A DNA stretch of 63,423 nucleotides, the filler included, from Octopus bimaculoides (lineage: Eukaryota): the NCBI RefSeq assembly GCF_001194135.2. It is 5 parts of 5 records of this genome, joined end to end, with 100 filler letters (N's around TTAATTAATTAA, not from the genome) between each part and the next. Parts side by side here need not be neighbours in the genome. Positions count along the whole stretch, not along the records: positions 24,379 to 46,736 come from NC_068983.1; positions 46,837 to 50,919 come from NC_068982.1; positions 51,020 to 62,039 come from NC_068987.1; 2 more parts are not named here. One strand, 5' to 3'. The notes beneath the pieces were generated by a model, which did no database searches, was not told where the DNA came from, and worked only from the letters and a program-made list of their open reading frames with translations. Positions 39,407-53,061 of the stretch are shown piece after piece (the stretch's first letter is position 1; the number at the start of each line of letters is the position of its first letter). The translations under genes and the position numbers were made by a program.

Positions 39407-40593
39407 TGTGTGTGTGTGTGTGTGTCTCTGTGTTTGTGGCTGTGTAAGTATTGCGTGAGTATACACATACACTCACACAATCACATATAGATGTATGTTT
39501 GTATATATGTATGTATGCATGAACATTTGAACATTTCGATGAATGAACGGGATATTTCTTGTGCAGTAAAGAACCTAAATAATGCAATTTTCATTTACAC
39601 TTCTCATTTCATAATTAAATTTTGCATAACTGTAATTTGAAATTTACTAAATGCATGTCGCCATAAACCATTGTAACTCACTGTCTTTAAATATAATCTT
39701 TGAAATTTTGGTTTCAAAACCTTCATGTTTGTCTCACTAAATTTTTAAGATCCATGTCTTAAATGAGTAGTAATATTTTCTTTGTCGTTGAGATACAGCT
39801 TGTATATTCACATGAACGACAAGCAAATGTTTTATTCTTTGAATATGAATACATATGTGATTGTCCACTATTGAAAATTCCACTCGAAAATTTATATCGA
39901 TATCTCCGTTATATAAAAAACTAACGAATTTAGTCTTTTGTCATTCAAACGTTTACCATTGTATTCTCGTATGAATCCTACATCGCAGATATATATTCAT
40001 ATTTTTTCCAGGAACGTAATGTAGCATATTTCTGACGCATATGGAGTATTAAACAGACAGGCAATACAATTTCCTTCATTATGTAAATTATTACACGTAT
40101 ATTTATCGCTCGCTTGTACTTAGGTATCATTCATGTTTATTGGGGTCGCTACAATGAAATTATAGGAACTTAGAAGAAATGTTATAACCCATATTAGACT
40201 ATATATTATTTACCATATTTATTGAGGAATAATGACATACGGAAAATATTAATCTTCATCTCAATTAATATTCTGTAATGTCAGACAATTCATGATTTGT
40301 CTACTTGTTTGAGGCACGTAGTCAAATTTAGCGGCTAAGGGTACAATCAACGATTGTAAGCTACATTGAATGTACATGAATATAACTATTAACCTATCAA
40401 ATTAAACATGGCTAATATGAGAGAAGCACAGTGAAGCCTGAGTTTTAATATTTGAATATTTATGCACAACGCTCACAAATAACTGTTTTTGCTTTGCAGA
40501 ATATTTCTCTTTTTACCCACAATTTAGTGGTCTTCTATTAAATTTTCTTTCCATACATACATACATACATACATACATACCTACATACATACA

Positions 40594-40629
<36 letters not shown>

Positions 40630-42467
40630 TATATATANNNNNNNNNNNNNNNNNNNNNNNNNNNNNNNNNNNNNNNNNNNNNNNNNNNNNNNNNNNNNNN
40701 NNNNNNNNNNNNNNNNNNNNNNNNNNNNNNNNNNNNNNNNNNNNNNNNNNNNNNNNNNNNNNNNNNNNNNNNNNNNNNNNNNNNNNNNNNNNNNNNNNNN
40801 NNNNNNNNNNNNNNNNNNNNNNNNNNNNNNNNNNNNNNNNNNNNNNNNNNNNNNNNNNNNNNNNNNNNNNNNNNNNNNNNNNNNNNNNNNNNNNNNNNNN
40901 NNNNNNNNNNNNNNNNNNNNNNNNNNNNNNNNNNNNNNNNNNNNNNNNNNNNNNNNNNNNNNNNNNNNNNNNNNNNNNNNNNNNNNNNNNNNNNNNNNNN
41001 NNNNNNNNNNNNNNNNNNNNNNNNNNNNNNNNNNNNNNNNNNNNNNNNNNNNNNNNNNNNNNNNNNNNNNNNNNNNNNNNATATATATACGATTTTATGA
41101 TTTCCAGCACTAAAAAAATGCAATTTGTTCGTGGTTTTCATCTTCCTAGGCTACAATCACATCATTCTAGACTTACTGAAGCTCACAACCTTATTGTGTC
41201 CACACCGAGGTAACGTATAAACAATTCAGCTCAATATTTACGCATTCAGAGTATATTTCTCTGGATGTTCATCATTGCTAAATTTCTTTATACAACCGAA
41301 ACGAAATTAAAAAAAAAACATGTCGTTTTCTCAAAAAGTGATTGCATAGGCTAGAGAGACAACTTTCTCCAGACCTAAGTGCATAAGTGGAATAAATTTT
41401 CATTAAATTGTGTGAAAAAGTACAAGAAAAACAGAAGTAACAACGTGAAATGTAACTCAATGCTAACTCCTACTTTGTTCAGACTGATACACCAATCTAA
41501 AATTTACACAATGCAAATAAGTCAATATTATTACTGCTACTTGTTGACACCCAGAATTATGATGCAATTCCTTAATTGTTTGGAGAGAGTGTTTAAATAT
41601 GCTCACAAAATTCATGACTGATAGTTCCTTATCTTTATCATATTTCAAATGCTGGTTCCAGGCTTCCTTTCTTAGCCAATTATACCGAACTGCTGACATC
41701 AAATAGATCCCTATGTCCAATGAAGTTTCTTAGCGACAATAAGTGTACATCACTGCAACATGTGGACAGAGCATATTTGTTCCATTGTTGATCTGTTGTA
41801 TTAAAGTGCAGTTATTATTTCATCGTTGAGAAGGAATATTGGTAGTTAAAAGCAAAATTCGATATCCACAATTCACAATAATTGGTGTATGGAAAGAAGA
41901 AACGAGAATCGGGATTTCGAGTTTGATTCGAAATTTGAATATAATGAAATTGAATGTTAAATCTACTTTATACAGTACATATTTAAAGAAAGCATCATGT
42001 CAAAAGTAAGAACATTGTGAACTAGCATAATTCCACAAGCCAGAAACAGAAATCGGTAAGATAGAAGGACATACGTATATTGGTTGCAAGTTTATAATAA
42101 TATCATTTCCATTAAAAAAATCTGTTTTAAATATATTCGGACGCGACGTCCTCAATAATTAACAACGGACGGAACATTTATCATTGAAGCTACAAGTACT
42201 TATCATTTATCTCAAATTACATTACCTGTAATGACAACCTGATAAATGTAGTACGGACACAATGGATATAGGTTAAATTGCATACGAATAGCGTAGATAA
42301 TAGAATATTTATATTGCCATGCAACAATAGCGACAGCTTATGCATTGAAGTAACCAGTCGAACGTTCTCTGCCAGAATATGACATGTAAACATATCATGA
42401 CCATGTTTTTCCAGAGAAACACATTGTCACAATTCCTCATTGATTTGGAGAATTATGGGTTAATAAC

Positions 42468-42710
42468 AATAACGATCCTTCCTATTAATGGCACAAAGCC
42501 TGAACTTATGGGAGAGAGGGCGAATTCATTCGATTGACCCAAGTTCCAAACTAGTACTTAATTTATCGATTCGGATAGGATGAATGGCAAAGTCGACCTC
42601 GGCGGAATTTGAATTCAGAATGTAACGACGGACAAAAAACCGCTGAACATTCTGCCCGGCGTAGTAACGATTCTGCCCAGCGTAGTAACGATTCTGCCAG
42701 CCCGACGCCT
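42468..42710 (-). mobile_element. SINE family B with a 21-bp internal duplication
   Basis: CGTAGTAACGATTCTGCC occurs twice at 21-bp spacing; GCAAAGTCGACCTCGGCGGAATTTGAA core. Confidence 0.8.
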
Positions 42711-42726
42711 TTAATGATAATAATAA

Positions 42727-42760
42727 TAACCCTAACCCTAACCCTAACCCTAACCCTAAC
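42727..42760. repeat. Interstitial telomere-type (CCCTAA)n, about 5 units
   Basis: Direct reading; adjoins a (TAA)n run. Confidence 0.9.
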
Positions 42761-44756
42761 CTTAAACCCAGCAATAATATACAGTGTTAACACTGACATT
42801 AAGGTATACCCAGTTGTGCAGTCACAAATAAGATGAGGAACATAGCATATTCTGGAAAATAAATCTATATTCAACAGACGAAATGAGGTTGTATCACGTT
42901 GAAGTCATCATAATAAACTCCCTGGGAAATCTTATATAAAAAGCCAGAATGGAACACGCCTAACGACAAAACAGATGTATAACTAATACTATGGCAGGGC
43001 ACACTGAACTGGACCGGCGAAATAACTACACAAATTCATTGGTCGCACGTAAAAAGAAACAATATTTTAGGTTATATTATGCAGTACACTGAAATAATAT
43101 CAAAACATATGCGGGGAACAAACAGAATATGTTGGCAACAGAATAGAAACAATAGGCAGATAAGAGCCAACTATCATACAAGTAATAAGTGACAAACGCA
43201 CAAATATTGACCAATAATGACAGCAATTCTGCAACAATCGAGGTATTTAATAAGCTGTAAGAAACTGACAACTGGATGCTGCTGAAAAAAAAAAAAAAAG
43301 TTCATCGAAGAAAAGTTCAGAAAAGCAATTTAACAACATAGGTATGTGAAAACCAATGCGCGGATGACAGCCAACCTCACAAGTGGTAATATAAAGGGGG
43401 ACAAACAAATAAGAATACAAAATATTTAGTCAAATCCGAAGCATAAATATATTAAATTCGAATACGATTATAGGAATGGAAAATTAACAAGGCTCCAGTG
43501 TACTGTATATCACACCAGAATTAGTATAGTAAATAAATAATTCACTGGTAAGTTTCGGTTTGATGGTCAAAACCAAATAATCTACGGCATACTATATTTT
43601 GTGTACTCTTTTCCTTAGACAAATCGTAATGTTTCAGTACACTCCATGCGTGTATACATAGCTATGTTATTTCAAGTATCTGTACACACACAAACACACA
43701 CACACACACACACACACAGACACACACACACACACACACTTACATACATATANNNNNNNNNNNNNNNNNNNNNNNNNNNNNNNNNNNNNNNNNNNNNNNN
43801 NNNNNNNNNNNNNNNNNNNNNNNNNNNNNNNNNNNNNNNNNNNNNNNNNNNNNNNNNNNNNNNNNNNNNNNNNNNNNNNNNNNNNNNNNNNNNNNNNNNN
43901 NNNNNNNNNNNNNNNNNNNNNNNNNNNNNNNNNNNNNNNNNNNNNNNNNNNNNNNNNNNNNNNNNNNNNNNNNNNNNNNNNNNNNNNNNNNNNNNNNNNN
44001 NNNNNNNNNNNNNNNNNNNNNNNNNNNNNNNNNNNNNNNNNNNNNNNNNNNNNNNNNNNNNNNNNNNNNNNNNNNNNNNNNNNNNNNNNNNNNNNNNNNN
44101 NNNNNNNNNNNNNNNNNNNNNNNNNNNNNNNNNNNNNNNNNNNNNNNNNNNNNNNNNNNNNNNNNNNNNNNNNNNNNNNNNNNNNNNNNNNNNNNNNNNN
44201 NNNNNNNNNNNNNNNNNNNNNNNNNNNNNNNNNNNNNNNNNNNNNNNNNNNNNNNNNNNNNNNNNNNNNNNNNNNNNNNNNNNNNNNNNNNNNNNNNNNN
44301 NNNNNNNNNNNNNNNNNNNNNNNNNNNNNNNNNNNNNNNNNNNNNNNNNNNNNNNNNNNNNNNNNNNNNNNNNNNNNNNNNNNNNNNNNNNNNNNNNNNN
44401 NNNNNNNNNNNNNNNNNNNNNNNNNNNNNNNNNNNNNNNNNNNNNNNNNNNNNNNNNNNNNNNNNNNNNNNNNNNNNNNNNNNNNNNNNNNNNNNNNNNN
44501 NNNNNNNNNNNNNNNNNNNNNNNNNNNNNNNNNNNNNNNNNNNNNNNNNNNNNNNNNNNNNNNNNNNNNNNNNNNNNNNNNNNNNNNNNNNNNNNNNNNN
44601 NNNNNNNNNNNNNNNNNNNNNNNNNNNNNNNNNNNNNNNNNNNNNNNNNNNNNNNNNNNNNNNNNNNNNNNNNNNNNNNNNNNNNNNNNNNNNNNNNNNN
44701 NNNNNNNNNNNNNNNNNNNNNNNNNNNNNNNNNNNNNTATATATATGTGTGTGTGT

Positions 44757-44795
<39 letters not shown>

Positions 44796-45274
44796 TGTGT
44801 GAATATATACGCGTGTGTTTGTGCATGTGTGCATGTATGTATCCATGTCTATTCATATCTGTGCGGACATAGAAAAGTATCAGTAATTTAGGTATAGTAA
44901 TTAGTTGAATTAATTGTTTTTCGTTGGAATTGCAACTCCATTGGATCCCACTCATCAGACCTTTTAATGAATCGATAAAATTGTTGGCAGTACCTGTTCC
45001 CTTTCTTTACATCTAGGCGTAATCTTGCAAAAACGAGCATTAATTTGAATCCTTTTGTCGTAGATAGATTCAAGAACCTGGGTAGTACTAAAGTACATAA
45101 TCGATAGCAATCCAACCTTAATCGATTGGTCTTCTGCTGATATATTAGAAATACATATGTAACGTTGTATGCTAATAATCGAACATCGAAACGAGTCACC
45201 CGACAGATTTTGTCTGAGATCGCCATTTGATGCAAAACTTGTGAACGATGTTGGGACAGACTTCGAAACGGAAG

Positions 45275-45788
45275 TATTCAAGATGTGAGACATGTAGCTG
45301 AAACAATACTAATAATAATCGGAGCAGTGTGCATGATAAAAAAAACCCAAAAGGACAGACATATGTTCAAAAAATTGGAAGCTAGACCTGGACCATAAAC
45401 ACTATATACTAATGCCAAAATAGCCCTGTTAGGAACAGCCTACATCCTGCACTAGACACTATTAATTCAGTTTTCCAAACCAAAGAACGCGGTCCAGAAA
45501 CAAAACCAAAAGAAAAACAGTCTAAATAGCAAATGTCTAGTAAAATAAACAAGCACCAACGGGCCACATATAAAACAGAAGACAGCTCGCGTTCTACAAA
45601 CAACGCACAATGCACACACTAATACAACATAACACTAGGCCCAATAACAAAACAAACTGACACAATGCAAAACAGGGAAGTGTTTGCACTCTCCTAACAA
45701 AAAAAATACAGAATTTTAACACACTCCAGCAATACAGATGTACAGCATATGATGCAGTACAAATATGCTTGAAACTAACAAATATTGG

Positions 45789-45840
<52 letters not shown>
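45275..45840 (+). mobile_element. 3' end of an R4/Dong-type element with (TAA)17 tail
   Basis: AETILIIIGAVCMIKK and KIALLGTAYILH*TL match the RLE C-terminus (P.IVGALG..KIALLGTA.ILR); 3' UTR then TAA repeat. Confidence 0.75.
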
Positions 45841-45868
<28 letters not shown>

Positions 45869-45981
45869 AAGAAGAAGAAGAAGAAGAAGAAGAAGAAGAA
45901 GAAGAAGAAGAAGAAGAAGAAGAAGAAGAAGAAGAAGAAGAAGAAGAAGAAGAAGAAGAAGAAGAAGAAGAAGAAGAAGAA
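45790..45981. repeat. (TAA)17(GAA)47 compound microsatellite
   Basis: Counted from sequence. Confidence 0.95.
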
Positions 45982-45982
45982 G

Positions 45983-46736
45983 AGACTACACCAGGAAGCA
46001 GACTACACCGGGGAAGTGAGACTACACCGGGGACATTTAACATGTGAGAACGATAAATCACTGCTCCGAAACTTATCCAAAGACATCGGAAATAAAGACA
46101 TCGCATGGAGCAAAAAAATAGCTGACAAAGGGTTGGACTATATCCGAGTAAGTAATACTCATTGAAATTTATTTCTATTTTACCAAATATAATGATGTAT
46201 TTTAACTTGATACCTCCACTACCCGCACAACGATCGTAAACACACGTGTTACATCAAAATCAGACCATCTTCGAACCCAAAAACACCATGTACAAAAAAA
46301 TTACAAACAGATTAAATAACACCGGTATTATTCCACCCAAGAATAACAACCGAGAAATGCGTACAGTAAGCTTGTTACGAAAAACGTACGAAAATCTGAA
46401 CGTGCAAAACAATCTGACAACAGAAATAAACGAACAGGTACCCTACGAAAACGATGACCGTCAAAATAAAGGGCCGGACGTTGTTCCTCATGTCCCGCAA
46501 ACAAAACCAAAACGGCATAAATGGACACGTGAGGAATACATTTCGATCCTACACGCCTATTTCACAGCAGTGCTCTACCCAAAAAACGAAAACGCAACAA
46601 CACATGCATATAAAATATGGAAGAAAATTAATTTAAATATAGACCTCGATAAAACAATGAACCCTAACAAACTAGCTAACATAAGAAGATATATTCTAAA
46701 ATCAAAAAAAAATATTAGAAATAGAAATAGAACAAT
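45983..46736 (+). mobile_element. 5' end of an R4/Dong-type element (5' UTR plus N-terminal Myb-like domain)
   Basis: Open frame with KRHKWTREEYISILHAYF..YKIWKKIN..NPNKLANIRRYILK; GACTACACC subrepeats at 45984, 46001 and 46020; runs into a linker gap. Confidence 0.7.
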
Positions 46737-46780
46737 NNNNNNNNNNNNNNNNNNNNNNNNNNNNNNNNNNNNNNNNNNNN

Positions 46781-46792
46781 TTAATTAATTAA
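46781..46792. other. Artificial scaffold linker TTAATTAATTAA
   Basis: Same N-flanked 12-mer. Confidence 0.95.
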
Positions 46793-46862
46793 NNNNNNNN
46801 NNNNNNNNNNNNNNNNNNNNNNNNNNNNNNNNNNNNTCTGTATATATATATGTGTATGTAGC

Positions 46863-46901
<39 letters not shown>

Positions 46902-46973
46902 GTATTTATATATATATACTTATATATTTATTTATATATATTTATGTATCTGTATATATATATGTGTATGTAG

Positions 46974-47014
<41 letters not shown>

Positions 47015-47083
47015 CATATACATGCATTTGTATATATATATTTTGTATGTATATATATGTATATATATATATATATGTATTTT

Positions 47084-47117
<34 letters not shown>

Positions 47118-47336
47118 CATACACACATACATACGTATATATGTGTATGTGCATATTATCATATATATGTATATGTACATATATGTTTGTGTATATGTAT
47201 ATGTATAGATAGATAAAGATAGATATGGTCGGTCTTTGAGTTTACTCTTAGTAACCCCATAGACCAGCCATATCTACCTTTATCTATATACTCTACTGGT
47301 GTCTAATTTAGAGTGTGCTTCTCTTTCAGATTTATG

Positions 47337-47386
<50 letters not shown>

Positions 47387-47806
47387 TACATTTGTATGTT
47401 TGAATTTATAAAATATATGAATGTTCATATATGTGCATAATACATATATACAAACATGTTAGTACACATTCATGCACATATAGATATATAGTGAGATGTA
47501 TATATGTATTTGTGTATATATATATATATATTCATGTATATATATATATATATATGAATGTATGTATATATATGTATGCACTTATATAATGCAATACATT
47601 ATGTATTTTATATATTGTATCATGTTATAGATATGTATAAATACATACATACATACATATATATATATGATACATATATGCTTGCATGGATGTACATATT
47701 ATAGCCTATTCAATAAGACTCTAGAAGATAAAAGTTTTATATGTATGAATGTATTCTTTTACTTTTCTCAGTCATTAGTTAGAGCACCACCTTGAATGAG
47801 TGTATG

Positions 47807-47859
<53 letters not shown>

Positions 47860-48606
47860 NNNNNNNNNNNNNNNNNNNNNNNNNNNNNNNNNNNNNNNNN
47901 NNNNNNNNNNNNNNNNNNNNNNNNNNNNNNNNNNNNNNNNNNNNNNNNNNNNNNNNNNNNNNNNNNNNNNNNNNNNNNNNNNNNNNNNNNNNNNNNNNNN
48001 NNNNNNNNNNNNNNNNNNNNNNNNNNNNNNNNNNNNNNNNNNNNNNNNNNNNNNNNNNNNNNNNNNNNNNNNNNNNNNNNNNNNNNNNNNNNNNNNNNNN
48101 NNNNNNNNNNNNNNNNNNNNNNNNNNNNNNNNNNNNNNNNNNNNNNNNNNNNNNNNNNNNNNNNNNNNNNNNNNNNNNNNNNNNNNNNNNNNNNNNNNNN
48201 NNNNNNNNNNNNNNNNNNNNNNNNNNNNNNNNNNNNNNNNNNNNNNNNNNNNNNNNNNNNNNNNNNNNNNNNNNNNNNNNNNNNNNNNNNNNNNNNNNNN
48301 NNNNNNNNNNNNNNNNNGAAGGGAATGTTCTTTATGCTGCATGTCTCATTTCTCTATTTGTTTCTTTTTTTCTTCGTAATAAAAGTTTGTTTTCTATGTT
48401 TTTGTTTTTTATGTTCTCATTTCTCATTTTGTTGACATCCTTTTGATGTCCTGTACCCGTATATGCATGTATATATACATATATATGTAGGTATGTACAT
48501 ATATGTATGTATATATACATATATTTATATATTATTTATATTATATGATCGAACGCCACGCATCCATTTTCAAGTTAGTTTTTATCTATCTATCTATTTA
48601 TCTATC

Positions 48607-48650
<44 letters not shown>

Positions 48651-48944
48651 TACACATACACACACACACATATATATGCATATATTTCTAAGTACATGTA
48701 TGTATTTAAATACAAACATATATGTGTATATATATACATATATGTGTGTGTGTGTGTGTGTGTATGTGTGCACTCACACACTCTCCTCTTCCTCCATCAT
48801 ACCTTGACCTACCATCACCTGGCATAAAACGACATCCCTAAATACTACATCCTCACTCAGTCAAGGTGTGTCTTGTCTTGCATGCTACCTAGTGACTGCA
48901 CGAGTGGCAGTGCTTCAAAAAAAAAATTTCTATATACTTTCTAA

Positions 48945-49080
48945 TGTGGTAGGCATCAAGAAGAGTATCCAGCTGCGAAAGCAATGTGAAACAAGATATT
49001 GGACCTCAGTACAGTTCTCTAACCTGTCTGTTCCTGTTCCAACCTGTGCCAGCATCCAACCTATGCCAGCATGGAACATG
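48945..49080 (+). repeat. Dispersed repeat family F with CCAACC(T/C)ATGC(C/T)AGCATGGAA end
   Basis: Same terminal motif inverted at 54385-54452, where it ends in a (GAT)n tail. Confidence 0.55.
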
Positions 49081-49084
49081 GATT

Positions 49085-49311
49085 TTAACTGCTTAGCATT
49101 TGAACCAGCTGTATTTGCCCAAATGTTTTACTTGCTTCATGTTCAATCCAGCCAGATCTAGTCTCTCACACCTTCCTTCCAGGCTCATTCTAGAACTAAT
49201 CAATCACATCATCAAAATGTGAAAGTTATGAGATAATTCATAATTAGTTCAAGACAATGTGAATAAATAAACATCACAGTTCACAGAGTAATCTGAATGC
49301 TAAATGATTAG
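49085..49311. mobile_element. Degraded MITE, possibly piggyBac-type
   Basis: Ends TTAACTGCTTAGCATT and AATGCTAAATGATTAG form an imperfect terminal inverted repeat with TTAA-like boundaries. Confidence 0.45.
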
Positions 49312-49314
49312 ATG

Positions 49315-49362
<48 letters not shown>

Positions 49363-50499
49363 TTCATTTTTGTATCCCTAGACACAACAAAATACACACA
49401 CATACACCATCTCCGGACATGCTTCTTCAAGCATTCTAATTTTTAGTTTCCTTTGTGTTGTTAATCTTTGATAGTAGATCATTCATATGTAAAATTACAA
49501 TATTTTTCAGGATTTTTCTTGTCATATTTGCTGGTTTGTACAAAATGAGCTTTTTTTTCTCATATGAATTGTTTTACCAGCTACTAATAAAGGAAACAAC
49601 ACTCAAGCATATATATTTTTTATATGAAGCTGCTAAATACATGATATCATACATGTGTATGTGCTTGTGAGTGAGTTTATTTTAAGATGCATATAAAACT
49701 TACCGTTATCTTCTAGTGTCATATATATTATTGTTATCTTCTGAACTTGAAATTACTCAACTTGGTAGAACACTCTACTAAAGCTTTACATGAAGAAATA
49801 TTTCCATGTTATATTTGTGATATTATTTCTCTAATATATGTATGTGTATATACATGTGTATGTGTGTGTTAATGTATATATATTTCTATGTATGTATTTT
49901 TAGATATATATATACATGTCTATATATAGATACATATATGCACATATATCTGAATGTATATGTGCATTTATATTTGCGTATGCATATATGTGTGTGTGTG
50001 AGTGCGTGTATATATCAAGAACTGATTATAATTTCAAATACTTTTCCTTCCTTCTTCTACTTTTTAGGTGTGGGGGGATCATTCTCCATTTGAAGAAAAA
50101 AAAATTAGAGAAATAAAAGTCCGGAAAACTCTAAAACACTTAGTAAAATTGAACATTTGGATCATATTTTATACACATCATAAACTACACATGTTTATAT
50201 ACACATAGACATACATGTGGACATATGAACACCAACATAAAACACAACACAACTACATTTATATATACACATACACACATACACATCTATATATGTATAT
50301 TTATATATGTATGTATAATAATAGCTTTATAAGTCTATAGATATATTATATATATATTTATTTATATATATGTATATAGATATATTATATATATATTTAT
50401 GTATATATATATATGTATATATTTATGTATATATATGTATATATATTTATATATATATATATGTGAGTGTGTGTGTGTATGTGTGTCTATATAATTATA

Positions 50500-50539
<40 letters not shown>

Positions 50540-50644
50540 ATGTATATATATGTATATATTTATGTATATATATGTATATATATATATGNNNNNNNNNNAT
50601 ATATATATGTATGTATATATATATATGTATGTATATATATTTTT

Positions 50645-50679
<35 letters not shown>

Positions 50680-50963
50680 CGTGTATGTGTGTGTGTCCGT
50701 ATATATTTATATCTATATATATATATATGTGTGTATTTTTGTGTGTGTATTTATATGTATATATATTTATATATATATATATGTGTATATGTGTGTATAT
50801 ATTTATATTTATATACATATATTTAGATATATATATTATATATATGTATGTCTATATATATATATATGATTATGTGTGTATATATTCACATTTATATATG
50901 TACATTTATATATATATAANNNNNNNNNNNNNNNNNNNNNNNNNNNNNNNNNNNNNNNNNNNN

Positions 50964-50975
50964 TTAATTAATTAA
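50964..50975. other. Artificial scaffold linker TTAATTAATTAA
   Basis: Same N-flanked 12-mer. Confidence 0.95.
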
Positions 50976-51437
50976 NNNNNNNNNNNNNNNNNNNNNNNNN
51001 NNNNNNNNNNNNNNNNNNNCATACACCTATACTTCCATACACATACACATATGCATGCACATACATATACACACATACATATACACATACATATACACCC
51101 ACATTTAAACGCACACAAATACACACATACATATACATATATACGTATACATACTCACATACACACTTACGTACATACATACATACATACATACATATAG
51201 CTATACCTCCATATATACATATATACACCCATACATATGCACATACACACATACAAACATATACACACATACACACACATATATGTATACATATATACAT
51301 GTACACACACACACACATACATATGCATACATACATACATACATACATACATATACACATTGTTTACATTCTGAAAGAAAATAACGATGGTAGGTTGCGT
51401 ACCATCGATTATTCTTTCACCCTCTTTGATGATGTAT

Positions 51438-51700
51438 GTGTTTTGCTAATAATAGTAGTGTTGGTGATGGCAATAATGCGACCCTGAAGAGATGGAGTAT
51501 CCAGAAATTTATAATTTGTTATTTGTAATATGTTGTAATATGTTACAATATTTTATGAGACATCTCATGATGTGGTTTATTTATCTTGGATACCCTATTG
51601 AAATGTGCATAGGTTTGGCTTATTGTGGTTGTTTCTGCTATTATAATTGTTGCTGCAATAAAGTATCTTCAATGCATCGATTTTGAGCTCTATCTTTTAA
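51438..51700 (+). mobile_element. Non-coding dispersed repeat with hammerhead motif, copy 2
   Basis: Homologous to 26820-27070. Confidence 0.7.
51480..51615 (+). ncRNA. Minimal type I hammerhead ribozyme motif
   Basis: GACC / CTGAAGA / stem II GATGGAGTATCCA pairing with TGGATACCCTATT (one mismatch) / GAAA / ATGTGCAT / A17 / GGTT; predicted cleavage after 51611. Confidence 0.72.
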
Positions 51701-51702
51701 GA

Positions 51703-51757
<55 letters not shown>

Positions 51758-52411
51758 CACACAGTTTCCATCTGCCAAATATAATCAGAAGGCATTGGAC
51801 GGCCGGAGTCTATAGTAAAAGACACCTCCCCATATTTTGGCGAGCAGCGTGCAGTTGGACATATTGAATCCGAATCCACTTGAGTCAAAGCGAGATTTTT
51901 AACCAATGTGTGATAATACAGTTTTGCTATCAAACAGTATAATCATCTATCATCTTACTGAACCAAGGCAATATAGCATCATTGAGTGTTCTGCGCAGAC
52001 AAAGGAGGACAAGCTTGCTTTGGCATTAGAACTAACCGTCTTCTGACTTCTATCCAATATCTTAACATCCGTTATTCAGTTAGACGCTTCACCACAGCAG
52101 TTCAAACTTAACATAAACTTTTATTGATTTCGCTTTCCAGTTCGTTTTATTACCCAGCTTTGTCAACATCTGTTAGGTTACATGTAAAACTTCATGTTAT
52201 GAATGCGTAGGTTTGTCGCTGTTCATGTTATTCCTGCAGCTTGCCGTTTGAATAATGCAAACCCTGCAGGAGATATGCTGTCTCAATTATACCAGAGTAC
52301 AAGAAAAAACTTCCACAGGGAATTTATATGCTCTAAATTAATTAACAAATAGCATTTCTAGTTGAGCTTAAGAAATGAATGTTTGTGTCTTCATTTATTA
52401 TTCGTCTTTTT

Positions 52412-52455
<44 letters not shown>

Positions 52456-53061
52456 AACCCACATCCTCTTTCTTTCTCGGCCGCTCTCTCTATTTCAGTT
52501 TGGCTTTTCTGTTCACTCTCCGATATATAGATTACATTCAGTATTAGATTTGTTTGAAGCTAAACTTTCTATTACTCTAACTCGACAGTTCTGATAGCAC
52601 TGGTAAATCTAATCTGTTACTGGTAATGACTAAGTGAAATTACAGCTACGGGTTTGTGTTAAGTTAATAATATTCGGTGATTAGGAAAATTCAAGAAAAC
52701 TATCGTATTGGTTCAGAGTTGTATTTCGGAGATGCGCTTCGAGAAAACAAAGTGTGAAATTATTATAAATTGCAGATCTGAGAATACCAGAACTTTAAGC
52801 ATAATAAGTTCATTGACATGATTTGTTTCTCTTGTAATGTTAATGAACAACGAGCAGAAATTTTTCATAATTTTTCAGCACACAAGAAATAGTTGCCAAA
52901 TCTCCTTCAATCCATATCCTACAATTATAAGAAAGATAAATCTGATAATGTAGTTCAGAGTACAGACGCAATGCTTGAACGAAACCTGGTGCCTTTATGT
53001 TTTGAATATTGGTGAATACGAGTAGTCTTATGGTTAAACGATAACAGCAGCAGCAAGAAAG

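Noticed and set aside
44888-45293. Two overlapping minus-strand ORFs and a CTGATGA..GAAA motif near 44910-44960
   Set aside because: No recognisable domain; the hammerhead-like motif lacks stem I and stem III complementarity.
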